From: Vicugna vicugna
Lineage: Eukaryota
Direction: 5' to 3'
Assembly: GCA_013265495.1 (NCBI GenBank)
Contig: MU058000.1
Span: forward strand, 2,604,001-2,668,000
Length of the DNA stretch: 64,000 bases
The notes beneath the pieces are model-generated. The model was not told the origin of the DNA and did not search any database. It saw nothing but the letters and a program-made list of their open reading frames with translations. Positions 26,760-40,599 of this stretch are shown piece after piece. How positions within the stretch are numbered: the stretch's first letter is position 1; the number at the start of each line of letters is the position of its first letter. Made by a program: the position numbers and the translations under genes.

Positions 26760-29700
26760 ATTTGTTAATAGACTATTTTATAATAGTTTAATTAACATGA
26801 TATTATAGAGAGTTCCCATATATCCCAAATCCTGTTTCCCTTATTATTAATATCTTATAGTAGCATGGTTGTTACAATTTATGAACCAACAGTGATGCAG
26901 TATTTTTAACTACTGTCAGTGATGTATTTAGATTTCCTTTATACCTAATGTCCTTTTCTGTTCCAGCATTCATAACACCACATTACATAAATTCTCATGT
27001 TTCCTTAGGATCCTCCCGACCATGGACATTTCTCACACTTGCCTTACTTTTGATGATCTTGATAGTTTTGAGGAGTATTGATATTGCAGTTATGTCTGAT
27101 AAAGTCACTGTTGGAAATTTGCCTGGTGCTGTGGGTTTTGGGGAGGAAGACCACAGAAGCAACATGCAATTTTCATTAAATCTTATAAAAAGGACATAAT
27201 ATCAACATGATTTATGACTGTTGGTGTTGCCTTTGTTCCCCTGGCCAAAGTAATATTTGTTAGATTTCTCAATAATAAAGTACTTTTTTTCCCCCTCTTC
27301 ATACTTTACTCTTTGGAAGAAAGTCACTAAGCATATGCCAGACTTAAAGGGTGAAAAATTATGTTCTCCCTCTTCTAATTTATTTGTAATTCTTCTGCAT
27401 GGGAGATTTGTCTCATTTCCCTCACAGATTAATTTATTCAGTCTTTTATTACATGATATGGAATCATGATATATATATATATATATAATTTTATATATAT
27501 ATAAAAGATACTTGAGGTTTTAATTCAATTCTTATTTTTATATTTTTTGGCTCAAATTGCTCCAATTCTAGCCATTGGCAGCTCTTTTAATTGGCTCCTG
27601 TGCTTACTTGATCTACCTCCATTTATGTGTACGTGTGCGTAAGTGTGTTTTTGTATGTGTGTGTGTGTGTTTTGAGCACAATCTTGCTTTCTGACACTGG
27701 CATAGTCCTATGACCAACCATTTCTCTGATGGATAAAAGCTATAAATAAATATTTTAATAGCTTAATAGCTTCTCTCAAAACAATAAATATATAGTTCCT
27801 TTTGTTGGAAAATGGATTAAAAATAAAGAACTGGGTGCTGGCCGTAATTGTTATTACTGGGCTGTCATTTCTACTAGGCCCTCTTAACTGACAGAACAAA
27901 GAAATACATGTGTGTGTACTAACCTATGTGTATACATATATCTTTAAATATTCCTATATGCCATTTGTATTTATATTGAGTATGAATTGCTAATGATGTC
28001 TCCAACTCTAGCCCATTATCATATGGCTCATTACTCCCCCTCTCCCGGCTGATCTGTAAATTTCACCCCCAAAAGTTAGAAACCTGGCTTTCACTACCCA
28101 CCATCCATTTATTTAATTGCTCCATTCCGATATTCATGTGCGGCTATATCAGAATTGTTAACCTGTACCCCCATAGGACACAACTTTACTGACCTTACTG
28201 TAGTACTTATGAGCAGTTCCTTTTGCCTTTAGACTCATAGACACAATTCATTCCCAAAGTTACTCATGTCAGCAGCTTTCCTATCACCCTCTTCAACGAG
28301 GCCCTTTTGCACAGTTTTAATACCTTTAGGTTTTCTTGTCACAGTCTGCATTCTTTCTGCGAATACCTAGCTTCCTAAATAACTTTTAAAATTTACATCC
28401 ATTAAGATTGACTGTTTTTTAAAGTTCTATAAGTTATGGCCAGTGCATAATGTCATGGGTCCACCATTATAGTAACATACAGAGTCGTTTCACCACCCTA
28501 AAAATTCCTGTGACTCACTTATTCATCACTCCCTCTCACTTAGTAATCCCTACTAAGCACTCATTATTTTACTGGCTCTACAATTTGCCTTTTCTAAAAA
28601 TGTTGTACAACTAGAATCTTACTATCTCACCATTCCAACGTGACTTGTTTCACTTAGCAATATGCATTGAAGACTCCATGACTTTTCGTGTTAACTCATT
28701 TATTTTTATGGCCAAATAATAACATTCCATTGTATTAATGTATCAACATTTGTTTATCCATTAACTATTGAGGACCAAGTTGTTTGCTCCTTTTTTTTGT
28801 AATTATGAATAAAGCTACCATAATCATTCATGCCCAGTCTCCATGCGGACACAAGTTTTCAGCTCAAATGGTTAAATATCTGAGAGCATGATTACTAGAC
28901 TGAATGACAAGACTTATTTTATTTTGTAAAAAAAAAAAAGTTTCTACTCTACAATTTTGCATTTCTCACTGGAAATGAATGAGAGTTCCTGCTATTCCAC
29001 ATCCTTGTCAACATTTGGTATTGTCAGTATTTTGATTTTAGGCAATTTAATGGGCATGTAGTGGTAAATGGTTGATTTTTTTCATTTTTTATTTGAAATT
29101 TCCTAATATGAATTTTTTTCATATCTATATATCACATATTACAGACACATATACATCTTTGGTTAGATATCTATTTAGATCTTTTGTCCATCTTATAATT
29201 GAGGTTTTCATTTTCTTATTTTTGAGCTTTCATAGTTATTTGTATGTTTTGGATACAAGTATTTTATCAGATATGAGTTTAGCATATATATTTCTCCCAT
29301 TTTTCAGCCTGTGTTTTCATTCTCTTAACAATATCTTTCATAGAGCAGAAGTCTTCAATTTTAATATAGCCAAACATAAGCAGTTTTCTGTTACCAATCA
29401 TGCATTTGGTGCTGTATCTAAATGCTCATCACCAAACATAGATTTTCTCCCATGTTATCTTTAGGAAGTTTTATAGTTTTGCATATTATATTTAGGTACA
29501 GGATTTGATTTGAGTTAATTTTTGTGAAGGGTAAAAGCGTTGTATCTAAATATTTATTTTTTCTTTCCTTTTTAACACATGGACTTCTAATTGTTCAGCA
29601 CCATTTTTTGGAAAATCTACCTTTTCTCTGTGTATCTTTCTCTATTGACATTCCTTTGCTCCTTTGAAAAAGGTAAGTTCACTATATTTGATTGACCTGA

Positions 29701-30660
29701 CTACTACTTCTGGACTTTCTACTCTGTTGCACTAATGTATTTTGTTCTTTCACCAAGATCACATTGTCCTGATCCACACAGCTTTATAGTAAGTCTTGAA
29801 GTCAGGTTAATGTCAGTCCTCCAGTTTTGTTCTTCTTATTCAGTATTTTGGCTATCCTGGGTTTTTTGCCTTTCCAGGTAAACGTTACAGTTTGTCAGTA
29901 TGTTTAAAATGGTTTGCTGGAATACTTATTGGGATTGTAATGAGTGTATAAATCAACTGGGCAGAAAAGACGTTTTTAACAATATGGAGTTTTCCAATCC
30001 ATGAACATGGATATCTCTCCATTTGCTGAGATCTTTTCTCATCAAGGTTTTGTATTTTATTTTGTTTTGAGTTTTGTTTGCTTGTTTTGCATATTCTGTA
30101 CATACTTTGTTAAACTTATACCCAAGTATTTTGCTTTTATGCAAATGTAAATGGCATTGTGTTTACATTTCAAATTTCAAATTGTTTTTTACTGGTATAT
30201 TTAAAAAAGCAATTCATTTCTGTGTATTAATCTTGTGTCCTGTGACCTTGCTATAATCACAAATTAGTTTAAACAATTTTCTGTCAATTCTTTGAGATTA
30301 TGAATTTTGTCAGTTCTTTCTGTATAGTTTTCATGTCATCCTCGAGCAAAGATAGATTTATTTATCCACCAATATATATATCTTTTATTTCTTTTTTATC
30401 TTATTGAAGCTGTATTTTCCCTGCTGTTTGTTTATTTCTTCCTGTAGTTCTACCAGTTTTCACCTCATGTATTTGACAACATTTTTGTTGCACAGATACA
30501 CAATTAAGAATCATTATGTCTTCTTAAAGAATTGATCCCTTTATTTATGTAAAGTGGGTTCTCATAGATAACATATATTTGCAACTTGTTTTTTATCCAC
30601 ACTGAGAGTCTCTGTCTTTTAATTAGTCTATCGAGACCGTGCACATGTAAAGTGATTACA
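26760..30660 (-). mobile_element. L1MC/L1MD-class LINE-1 (3' UTR plus ORF2 with a large internal deletion near 30410)
   Basis: L1MD-like 3' UTR (agagagttcccatatatccc...tgttacaatttatgaaccaac); minus ORFs near 29885-30144 contain L1 ORF2p-like peptides (WRDIH, PCSWIGKLHIVK); 30585-30660 is the reverse complement of the ORF2 start. Confidence 0.85.
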
Positions 30661-31000
30661 TGGGAAAATGAAATGATTGACATTCATGTTTTAAGGGACA
30701 AAAGGGAGAAACTGGAAATACTTGACTATAAGATTTCTGCTGTGAAGTGTTTGGCGTTGTTTGAAGGTGGACTTCAATTAGTTGTAAATCTGTATAGCAA
30801 ATTCTATGGCAACTAATAAAATTTTTTAAAAAGATGTGTAATTAATTTGTTAAGAAGGGAGAGAAAATGAAATCATATGAAATACTCAGTTAAACACAGA
30901 GAAGTCAAAAAGAGAAAAATTTTAAAAGACACAAAGGACAATGAAATAGATAGGAAACAATTACAAATATGGTGGTGAACATTTTATCAATAATCTTTTC
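30661..31000 (+). mobile_element. Inverted L1 inter-ORF segment, probably the 5' inversion of the adjacent minus-strand L1
   Basis: Aligns by eye to 14335-14566 plus 16641-16745 of the large L1 in this window. Confidence 0.75.
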
Positions 31001-33727
31001 TAATTCCACTGAATCCTCTTCTGTAAATCCTGGGCTGCTTGATCAAGTTGTGTATGCCAAGGGTGTTTTCTTCTTTTGTGACAGCCTTTGCCTTTACTTA
31101 CATATTTGCTTTAAGTAGCTTTGTCTGTATTTTTTTTTTTTAGTTCCCTCTAATATGCTTTGCAAGATGCTGGCTGTGACTGTGTAATGTGGTGGCTCTC
31201 AGTCTTTTTAATGTGAATACTCAGACCGTATTTTTTTCTTTAGCACTACATTTTCCTTTGGCACTGAGATTTTCTGCAATGGAGAATTTCACCCTTGACC
31301 TATCATTTTGTTACTGAAGGGAGTTTCATGTTATGTTCTCTGATTCTTCCTCTTATCCACAAAAAGGGCTGGTTTTTCCTCCCATAGCTTTCTGTATTGT
31401 TACAGGTCATATTAAAAGCAAGAAAATGTTTGGAACCGTATAGTAGACAGAATTCTGAAAACAGACAATGGGTAATTGTCTAGATTTACTGTACAGAAAA
31501 TGTTTATCTGTCTCCTATGAGTAGTCACAAAATAATGAAAAGTCCGAAGATTCATGCTCCTTGTTTCATCCTGGGTAATTATGCAAAGCCTGACTTTCCT
31601 GAGGATGGAGTTTGGATTAAAGTCAAGATTATACTTCCCTCTCCCAAAAAAGACGCATGAACAATGTCTAATTATCAGCTCTCATGGTACACTTGAGCAT
31701 TTCCCTCTGAGGATTAGCTGTTTTTCAAAAGGGAAAAAGCCTTGGATCAAACTAATGGATGCAGCTAGGTCAGTAATGACAGAGAATTTGCTCTCTCACT
31801 TTCTAAGACACGGACTGAGATGATTAGTAACTTTTTCTTCAGTGATTGCCCATATCTCACAAATGTCTTCATATGTATGGCCGATTTTCAGCATCTAGAA
31901 GGAGTGATAGGTCTTAGGAAAAGAGAAAATTTTATCTTCTTGAGATTCAGCGTTATCCATGAGCTGAAGCCATGAAGGTGCGGACTTCTGCCCATAGGAG
32001 GAATCTTCTCTACAGCATTGGTTAAAACTGTTGACTCACATTTTCAGGAGATCAAAGTTAGAAAGTTGGTGTCTGTGTCAGCAACTGCCTTGTCCTAACT
32101 CATTCCTGCAAAATGAAGCTACCTTTACTTACATTCTTTCTCCATAGCTGTAAATGTATCTGTTCCTTATATTACAGTTGGCTGAGTTTCTAACTTTTGG
32201 TTGAACACAAATACATTGTTTTGATTAATGAGGTTTTGTATTTAGGCTAAAAAATCCCAAAGATTTCTTTCCTCCCCACAACTGGCTCTCTGAGCATCTA
32301 CATGTGTTTGCCTTCCTTTTCTACCCTATGAGCTTATGCTGGACCAGGGTAGGCAGCAAACCACATCTCTTGCAATATTACTCTTTCTTTAAGTGATATT
32401 GTTCCTGAAATTCTACCAATGGAGATGAAAGTCTTTTGTTTGAAGTACCAGAGTCTAATCAAACTTATATAAAATAGATGTCTGCCTAGAAGCAGAAAGA
32501 GATGAAACTCATACCAAACTCATGTTCATTTTGTTATAAAAATTATGAAATATGTGAAAACTTTCATATAAATATGAAATAGTATATTATTGAGATAATA
32601 AATATTTTTTATGAAATGTTATAAATTTAACTACAAACACGGGACTAAAGAGAAGAGAACTCAGGAAAGCTAATAAAACTATAGGAATCCCCTGTGGGAG
32701 GGGAGAGGTGAGCTATTTAAATCATGGTTTTACTCAAGCTAAATTCAAGTGGATCTCAGCTGGTGGGTGGGGTTAATGTGATAGGTCCTATTCAAAGGTG
32801 AGTCTCAAAGCCGAGTATATGGTTTCTATTATTCTTCATGTTAGAACATATTTCAACATAATTCATATTCATTTTTCACAAAATCTAAACAATTAAAACT
32901 CATTCAGCTCAATGCGGTGGGAAAGAGCAGGAACCCTCCCTCAGGTAAATGATGGGGTGGGTAGAGTTATGACCCCAGGCAACTAACTTAGAATTTAGAA
33001 TAAAGTTTTATTCTTAAGGAAGAAATATCCTTATAATTTGTAGAAGCAAAGGCAGTAACCCAGGAACATGGGTGAAGAAGAGGTAGGAAAAGGAGTTATG
33101 AAAGTTCTGTGGGGTCTCAGGTCCCAAGCTGGGCAGCCCACATCCAGGCTTAGGTTACTCAGACTCATTTTAGATACACTCCATACCCATCGTGACTTCC
33201 TAATCAAGACTGGAGGGCCAAGTGTATTACTGGCTTGTGCTGAATGGGTTGGGAGCCAGCTGGCACTGAATGCCATGGTCACCAGAGCTGGTGGCTGAGT
33301 GAGATTGGGAAAGGCAGAGACTGCAGTTGGCTGAGATCCAAGTGAGGGCACAAAGTAGATGGGGACAAGAAGGGACAAGTAATGGTTTGGGTTAGATAGA
33401 CCTGGCAAAGACTAGAGAGAGGAAGATGGAAGGAAAACAAAAGATGGAGAGTCTCTCACTACCTCTCCTCTTACTGCCTGCTCCCTGGCCCAGATAAAGC
33501 AGAAGATGGGTCTATTTCTCAGTTTTGCTAAGAGTTGATCCTGCTCATAGTACAAAATAAAAGAGTCGTATTTTTTTTTTTTTGCCACTGAAAATTAGAC
33601 ATCATTTGATCTAAAAGGTGTTTCAGTGAATAAGAAAAAGTAGACTCGGAGAGATCAAGTAACTCACAGTGATTCATGAGGTACGGATGAGCTGCCTTCA
33701 CTCAGTGCCCCTTGGGGTCCCCTGTTC

Positions 33728-34161
33728 TGCCACAGGCTGGATCCTGGGCAAAGCAGACTCAGACAGAGTGCATAGGGAGTTACTAGGGAGGACTCTTGAG
33801 ATGACAGCTAGGAAGGGAAGAAAGGAAGCAAGGGTAAGCAAAGGGAGAAGTTGGGGGCAATGCTGTCTCCATGGAAGACTCCACAAACTCTAGAAGGGAT
33901 TCTGAAGCTGAAATAGCCCTTCACAGATGTCCTGAGTGAGAGAGCCAGGACTTCACTCCCCTGTGGTGATCAGTCCTCAGATGCCATTGCTGTGTTCAGG
34001 TGGAGTGACCGTGGGCAAAGGGCACTACTCAGCTGAGGCATCCCTGAAGGGATCTAACTGATAAGAACCATCTGCTTAGAGCGATTCCCATTTCTGGGGT
34101 GAGAAGTTCCTCATTCCTGTAAGGGTAGGTACCTGGGTCGCACATCACAGCTTCCACCACA
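33728..34161 (-). mobile_element. ERVL LTR (LTR16C-like)
   Basis: gggagaagttgggggcaatgc...ctgaagctgaaatagcccttcacagatgtcc...; ends gcttccaccaca. Confidence 0.7.
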
Positions 34162-34427
34162 TACGCCTTCTTTGATTTTATGAGTCGGGAAGAATGAGAT
34201 GGTCACAGAGGCAGAGAGCAGCATCTGGCTGGACCCACAGAAGCAAAATGGGTGATACGTGGAGAATCATTTCAAAATGATTCTGATTTCAAGGAAAAAG
34301 AATGTGTACATGTGCTGTGGACACTTCTACACTCAGAAGGCAGCAGGTTTCAGATGGTGTGAACACCACTGCTGCAAGTTCCTGGGTCACCATTGACAGA
34401 GACCCACTTTTCTCTAGATGGGCTCTT

Positions 34428-34630
34428 AGGAAGAGCATTGATCTTAGAGACCAGAGTCCTCCCTTGTCTCTAACATGACCTGACTGAATTGGTATCTCAA
34501 CCTTTAGCCTATTTCCTCATCTCTCCAATAAAGCATTCAAATCTCTGCCTCGCTTAGCCTCTCATCAAAACTATAAGAATAAAATAAATATTTATATAAA
34601 AATGCTTTATAGCCTGAAGGCTACATTGAT
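34428..34630 (+). mobile_element. MIR SINE
   Basis: ggaagagcattgatcttagagaccagag...tttcctcatct...aaaatgctttatagcctg. Confidence 0.55.
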
Positions 34631-36833
34631 GTTTCCATGAAAATCTTGGGAAAATTCAGATTGGATTGATTCAGAGGTCACGTTGAGACTTGACTTTGGA
34701 TTCCTACTTGACTGCTTTGTTTGCATTACCTTGATAGATTTTTCAGTCATCAGTAATCAAAGTATTAACTGTTTGTAAAATTTCACTGACTTTTTAAAAC
34801 ACTTGCAGTTATTTGCAGCACTACAGATCTTTCTTATCCATTGCATCTGAAAAAAAGACATGAAAGTAACTAAAATACAGTCGTTGGTTTTGCCTCTCTA
34901 TCTCTCACAGAACAGTCTGTTAGCTCTGACGAAGGGAGCATATAGTTTCTCCTTTATTAGATCATTAATTCTAAGCCTGAGAGAACTTACTGTGCCCTGA
35001 AAAAACCAACTGTCATAAATACCCAAAAAATACAAGTTGGAGTCAGATTCATGGATCTCAATTTTATAACCTCTAAAATACTTTAGGCCTTTTTTGCACC
35101 TCAATTTGACTCTTTCTAAAATGGGAATTTTAAAAATGATCATATTAAGATTCATAGGTGAAATGTAATTATTAATGAAAATTATGAACAATTGAAATAG
35201 GTCTTTTCACTAATTTTGACCCTCATGATAATAGTAGAGTACTTGTAGAAATGCCTTTCACAGAAGTCAAGAGGTAAATTTGCTTACTGTAGTCAAGGGA
35301 CAAGTGAGCCTTCATGTCTGGATGTGATTTTTTAGAATTTTCAAATATTACCTGATCTGATGTTTTCAGATCCTGCTAAACAACACCTAATGGTGGCTTA
35401 GGTCCTTACTCTTACTGCTTTAATTTAGGACTTTCAAGGTGACTGGCAAAGCAAAATACCTATCTGAAGAAATCATCTCCATGAAAATTTCAAGATTTAT
35501 GCAATGGTGAAGTTAGGAAATGATATACCTTCTAAAAGAATAAAGACAGTGAGTTTTTTATTACAAGCAACTGGGAAGGTTGAATTTGAGACCATTGCCT
35601 TCAGCAAATTGGAAGCCATTATCTTGAGACAGAAAAGGCATTAAAAAGAACTTAAAAAGAATACTGAGGACTTACCTCAAGCCACCCAAAATTTTGTTTA
35701 GAATTGGTACTGTCTGTTTTGAGTAGATGGACATTTAAAATGATTATTTTCCAAAAATGTGGCTGGATTAGACAAGTAGGGAAGTGATCAAATTATGAAA
35801 TCTGCATATCACTGACATCTTCATAGGCTCTTGTCATACTTTTAAAATCAGCAATAAAGCATGAAGGCTATAAAAGGAGACTATGTAATTGTTGTGAGTC
35901 AGGCTGACCTTTTATCTGAGCTATGAGTTACGTTGCATAATCAACCAGGCCTTGTATCTACCCAACTTCAAGTCATCTATGGCTCTGCAGCCATCCTGAC
36001 AGCCGTATTAGGACTGAGAACTTGGTTCCCTAAAGGGCAAAATGACAAGTCATTAACGTGACCAGAGATTCTGATTGGACTCATCTATTGATAATATTAA
36101 GAATGTCTCATTCATTAATCTGAGAGCTCCTCGAAGGTAAGAGATGTGTCTTACTTGTATTTAATTGCTATAACGGTGTTAATTAGTCTCTGTCAGGTTG
36201 CAGGTCTTGAAATCACCCAGGTTCCTTTGGTTAATGGAGGAGATATCATCAGGACAAGTGGAAAAGTGAAAAGATTAGGACAAAATGTGTGTCCTGAACT
36301 CATGGAAAACTGCCCTGGGCTTCATCTCGGTTTACAAAGGACTTCTGGTAGACAAGCCTGCAGCTCAGCCCCTCACTCCTTCCCTGCTTGTTTCTCTGCC
36401 TGTGTTTCCTTTCTATTCACAATGGTCACTTCTATCTTTTTATTATTACGTTTTTTTTCTTTTTTCTCACTCTCATGATTTCATCTTTTTCTTGGTTTCA
36501 CTACTTATGTACTCAACTCCTCCCACCCTCTGTTTCAACTTACTACCTTCCTTTGTAGAGCTCTATGTGTAGGGTCCATCTCTTTTCTATATCTGTTTTC
36601 AGCATTCTCAAAAATGAGAATATGATTGATCATCAATCTCACTCCAAAACGGAGCATCCTTTTTTTGGAAGAGCACTCGTTCCAGACTCCCTTGGCTCCG
36701 CGGAGTCCCTAGCAAGCATACACTTAATTGCAGTGGGACCGAGTATCTTACCTCTGGTTCTATCGTCCGTTGCCAGGATGGTCAGGTCACATGTTTCAAA
36801 GCATGTTGACTTCCTTCAGAAAGTCATTGGCTG

Positions 36834-37479
36834 TGTCAAAGAAAAATAAAGGCAGGCATTTGTTAAAGTGGTGAAAAGAGATTTTATTCAGTAACTACCG
36901 ACAATAGGGGAAAGAGCTGAGCTCTGATTTGCGTAGATGTGACCTGACATTTTAAAGGGAGAAGGATGGGGTAGAGAAAAGGAGGGAATGGGGCTCAATT
37001 AGGGTCAGGGAAGTGAAAAATTACAAAGGGTTGGTGGGTGTAAGTACTGATTTGGTCAGCTGGGTCTGCTAGCTGGCAATTATCTGTGTGAGGATTGTAT
37101 CCTCCCACGGAGACCAGAAGTCAGAAGCCCTCTCCTGCGGTTACATTTCAAAGCAATGGTTTTCAGGTCTTTGATAGAAATACTCCTGAGCTGTAGCAGA
37201 TACATATCTTTTCAAAGGGACAGAGGAAGAATCCACAATTTTAAGCTCTTTTTAGTAAATGCTAAGAAAGGGAGGAAAGGGGTTTTTCATCAGGTGTTGA
37301 CTAGAACAGACAATTCTTTTGACACGTTTGTGTTTTTTTCAGATAGGAGCTCAAAAGGGTCCTGGGTAACCCAAGGGACTTGACCTTGAGCGGCTGCTAG
37401 AAGCTATGTTAAAGTTTGTTCAAATCTCTTAGTGCAAGGTTTGGACAGGGTTGTTATGTACCGGGAGTTCTTTTTGACA
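36834..37479 (-). mobile_element. ERV1 solo LTR (MER67/MER31-like)
   Basis: Inverted termini tgtcaaaga...tttttgaca, antisense poly(A) signal tttatt near 36890, and gattacatttcaaag-like, ccttgagc.gctgctagaagctatg motifs. Confidence 0.75.
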
Positions 37480-38314
37480 TCTCAGGTGCACAGCCTCTCC
37501 TGTGTTTCTCAGAAGAGTTAGTGTCACATCCACTTAATTCAGCATCCACGACAGTACTTGGAGTACCAGCACTTACTGAAGGACTGTTTACAGGCATGAA
37601 TACGTGTTAATTCGTATGAGCTGGAATAGTTAAAGATATGTTTTGAAAAATTGAACAAAGTGCTCAGAAAAGTTTAGTTACTGTATCAATGACCACTGGC
37701 ATTCCTCTTCTATGTGAAAAATGTTTCTCTTAATTGAAGTTGTAGAAATTGTGGTACCACATTGAATGAGAGTCAGGAAACTTGGGTTCTCATTTTCCCT
37801 CTGCCCAAGAACACACATAGCTGGTAGGGTGTGTCCCATAGAAAGATACAAAGTACAGGCCTACACTTGGAGATGTGGCTTGGTGAGTAGAAGGTTTGCT
37901 GGATTTCAACTCCAGGGTAAACATCCCTTTATCTTTAACTCCCCAGAAAAATTACATTTTTCCTAGTTTATCCAAGGGTGACATATTGGCTAACACTGGG
38001 CCTGGTTATGCTGATAAATATCTTTACAACCTTGTAAAACCCATTTAACTCATAGAAGCCTTAAGTGGTCATCTATGAATAATTGAATTTGGTTCCAATG
38101 AACATGTAAACAAGTCCATTACAAGTCTGAGACTTTGTAACTAAACTGAGAAATATGTAAAAGTAAGTCAACTAATTTTGTCATAGCAACTTTTTTTGTT
38201 TAATCTAAAAGTAAAGCAACAAAGATAATTTCTATGATGGAAGTGATTCTAGAAGCTAAATCTAAAATGTATATGAAGTTCATTTACCCCATTGCATGTT
38301 TCTACTTTATTTGT

Positions 38315-39161
38315 TGTCTCAGGAAAGCTCACTGTTTCTTCTCTACTCTCACACTCAGTTCTGGCCCCAGATGCGTGTGTTTTCCACACCAAGCAATTCT
38401 GACTTTAACTGACTGGAGTTAGTGTCAGATCCTGTAAGTTAAGAGCTCCGTCCTACAAGACTGCTCTTCAAGCTTCAGACAACAATCACATGTCCCCAGG
38501 TTGGCTATGGTACCCAGGACCCACTGGCTATAAATCAGGGTCTTACAATTCCTTCTTTGAGTTTGATAATTTGCTAGAAGTGCTCAGAGAACTCAGGGAA
38601 ACACTTCCCTTAACCAGTTTATTATAAAGGATATTTAAGAATATAGATGAACAGTCAGATGAAGAGATATATAGGACACAGTCTGGGGGAAGGGCATGGA
38701 GATTCTTCTATGCTCCCTCTGGGCATGCCTCCCTCCCAGCACTTCCTATGTTCAGTATCCTGGAAAGTCTCCAAACCCCATCCTTGGGGGATTTTTATTG
38801 AGACTTCACCACATAGGTGTGATCAATCATTAACTCAATCTCCAGTCCCTTTCCCCTTCCTGGAGGATGGAAGGTGGGACTGAAAGTTCCAATCTTCTAA
38901 TCATAGCTTACTCTTTCTGGTGGCCAGTTCCCACCCTAAAGCTAGCCCACCAAGAGTCACCTCACTGGAGCAAAGGCACTCCTATCACCCGGGAAATTCC
39001 AAGGGATTCAGGAGCTCTGTGTCAAAAAAGATCAAAGAACAAATATTAAAACAAAAGAAGCTCCTCGTGTTCTTATCACTTAAAAATTTACGATGGTCTT
39101 AGGAGCTCAGTGACAGGAACTGGGAGCAGAGACCAATATATATACTTTCTATTATTTCACA
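38315..39161 (-). mobile_element. MER21-family LTR, complete, with a perfect 5-bp TSD
   Basis: TG...CA termini; TTTGT at 38310-38314 and 39162-39166; typical MER21 motifs (actggctataaatcaggg, gaactcagggaaacactt, ggaaattccaaggg). Confidence 0.9.
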
Positions 39162-39947
39162 TTTGTGTTTAACGCAACGCACTGCTGGAAACATTCCTGG
39201 ATTAGTGTAATAGCATTCGTAATACGTGCTCTCATTATGGTAAACAGAAGTGTTACTTACAAAGAGGGCTGCATGGCTTCATAGTCATTCATATACTATC
39301 ATCTTCATAAGATTTAATTATATGTTCCTCTTTAGCTTTCAGATAGTGACTCGAATGGCCAAGACTGCAGCCTTCCCAGGTTCCAAACATTCTCTGTTAT
39401 CCTGCCTTTCTGTCTTCAACTCACCATGACCTCTTCTGTTTCTAGAAGCTTTAGCTGAGTTTCTCCAGTATCCAGTGCACCTTCCCATCTAGAGGATTTT
39501 GCACGTGCCATTCCCACTGTCTAGGCTGCTCTTCCCCCACTTAATGACAGCTTGTAATTTTACATGTATTTTCAGTTGAAAATCATTATCATTTTCTCAG
39601 TCAGACTCTTTGCATAAGAGAGGAATTCTCTCCCTGTTGTTTTATGTTCAAAAAGAATTATTGAATAAATGAAGGAAAAGATGAGTAAGCTAACACATGC
39701 TACATTTTATGGATAAAACATTACAATTTTGGAGTTTTGTGAATGTTCTTTTCATACAACCACTTTTTTTCTCCACTGAAATGTAGTAGAAAGTGTTTGT
39801 TTTGATTTCAGAAAGAATCTAGAATGTGATGGCACAGTTATTTAATGACATGTACTAAAAGTAAAGATGTTTGAGAAACATGGAAGAATTGAGAAGACTT
39901 GTCAGTGAATTAAACATGAGTTTGAAGTATAAACGTGAATAGCCCAT

Positions 39948-40413
39948 TATTGCAGGTTTAATTGTACCCCCTGCTCCCAGTCCAAATGTATTGAAGTCCT
40001 AACTCCTGTACCTGTGACCTTATTTGGAAATAGGATCTCTGCAGATATAATCAAGTTAAGATGATACTGTTAAAAAGATGCTGGACTAAAGTAGGCCCTA
40101 ACCCAATGACTGATGTCCCTGTAAGAAGAGGGCAATTTAAACACACAGACACCTAGGGAAAGTGTCATGTGATGGAGAGAGGCAGATATTGGAGAGATGT
40201 ATCTACAAGTCAAGACATGCCAAAGGTTGCTGGCCACCACCAGAAAAAAGAGAGAGGCCAGGAAATGTTTTCCACTAGAGGATCAGAGAGAGCATGGTCC
40301 TGGTAAAACCCTTATCTTGTACTAACAGTCTTCAAAACTGTGAGCCAGTGCATTTCTGTTTTTTCAAGCCACCCAGTTTCTGGTAGTTTGTCATGGCAGA
40401 CCTCGAATACACA
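39948..40413 (+). mobile_element. MaLR LTR (MLT1C-like)
   Basis: gtgaccttatttggaaatagg...aagccacccagtttctggtagtttgtcatggcag; candidate TSD cccat 39943-39947 / cccac 40414-40418. Confidence 0.85.
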
Positions 40414-40599
40414 CCCACCCACTAATGCCTGGCAGTTACCAACAATGCTTCCAGAATCTGTGATGATCTTTGAAAGATCCAACTGCCTTTTTAAATCAGA
40501 GAAACCACCATTCATTTCTTTCAACATTCTGAATTACCATCAGTTGATGATAGAGATGTGTATCCACAAATGCCTACACTTGCAGTTCAAAGTCTGAAG

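Noticed and set aside
29072..29464. 130-aa hydrophobic ORF as a membrane protein
   Set aside because: It is the antisense read of A-rich L1 ORF2, which yields F/L/I-rich pseudo-peptides.
34263..34284. Hairpin agaatcattt-ca-aaatgattct as a structural RNA or MITE
   Set aside because: Short, AT-rich, 2-nt loop and no flanking structure; consistent with chance.
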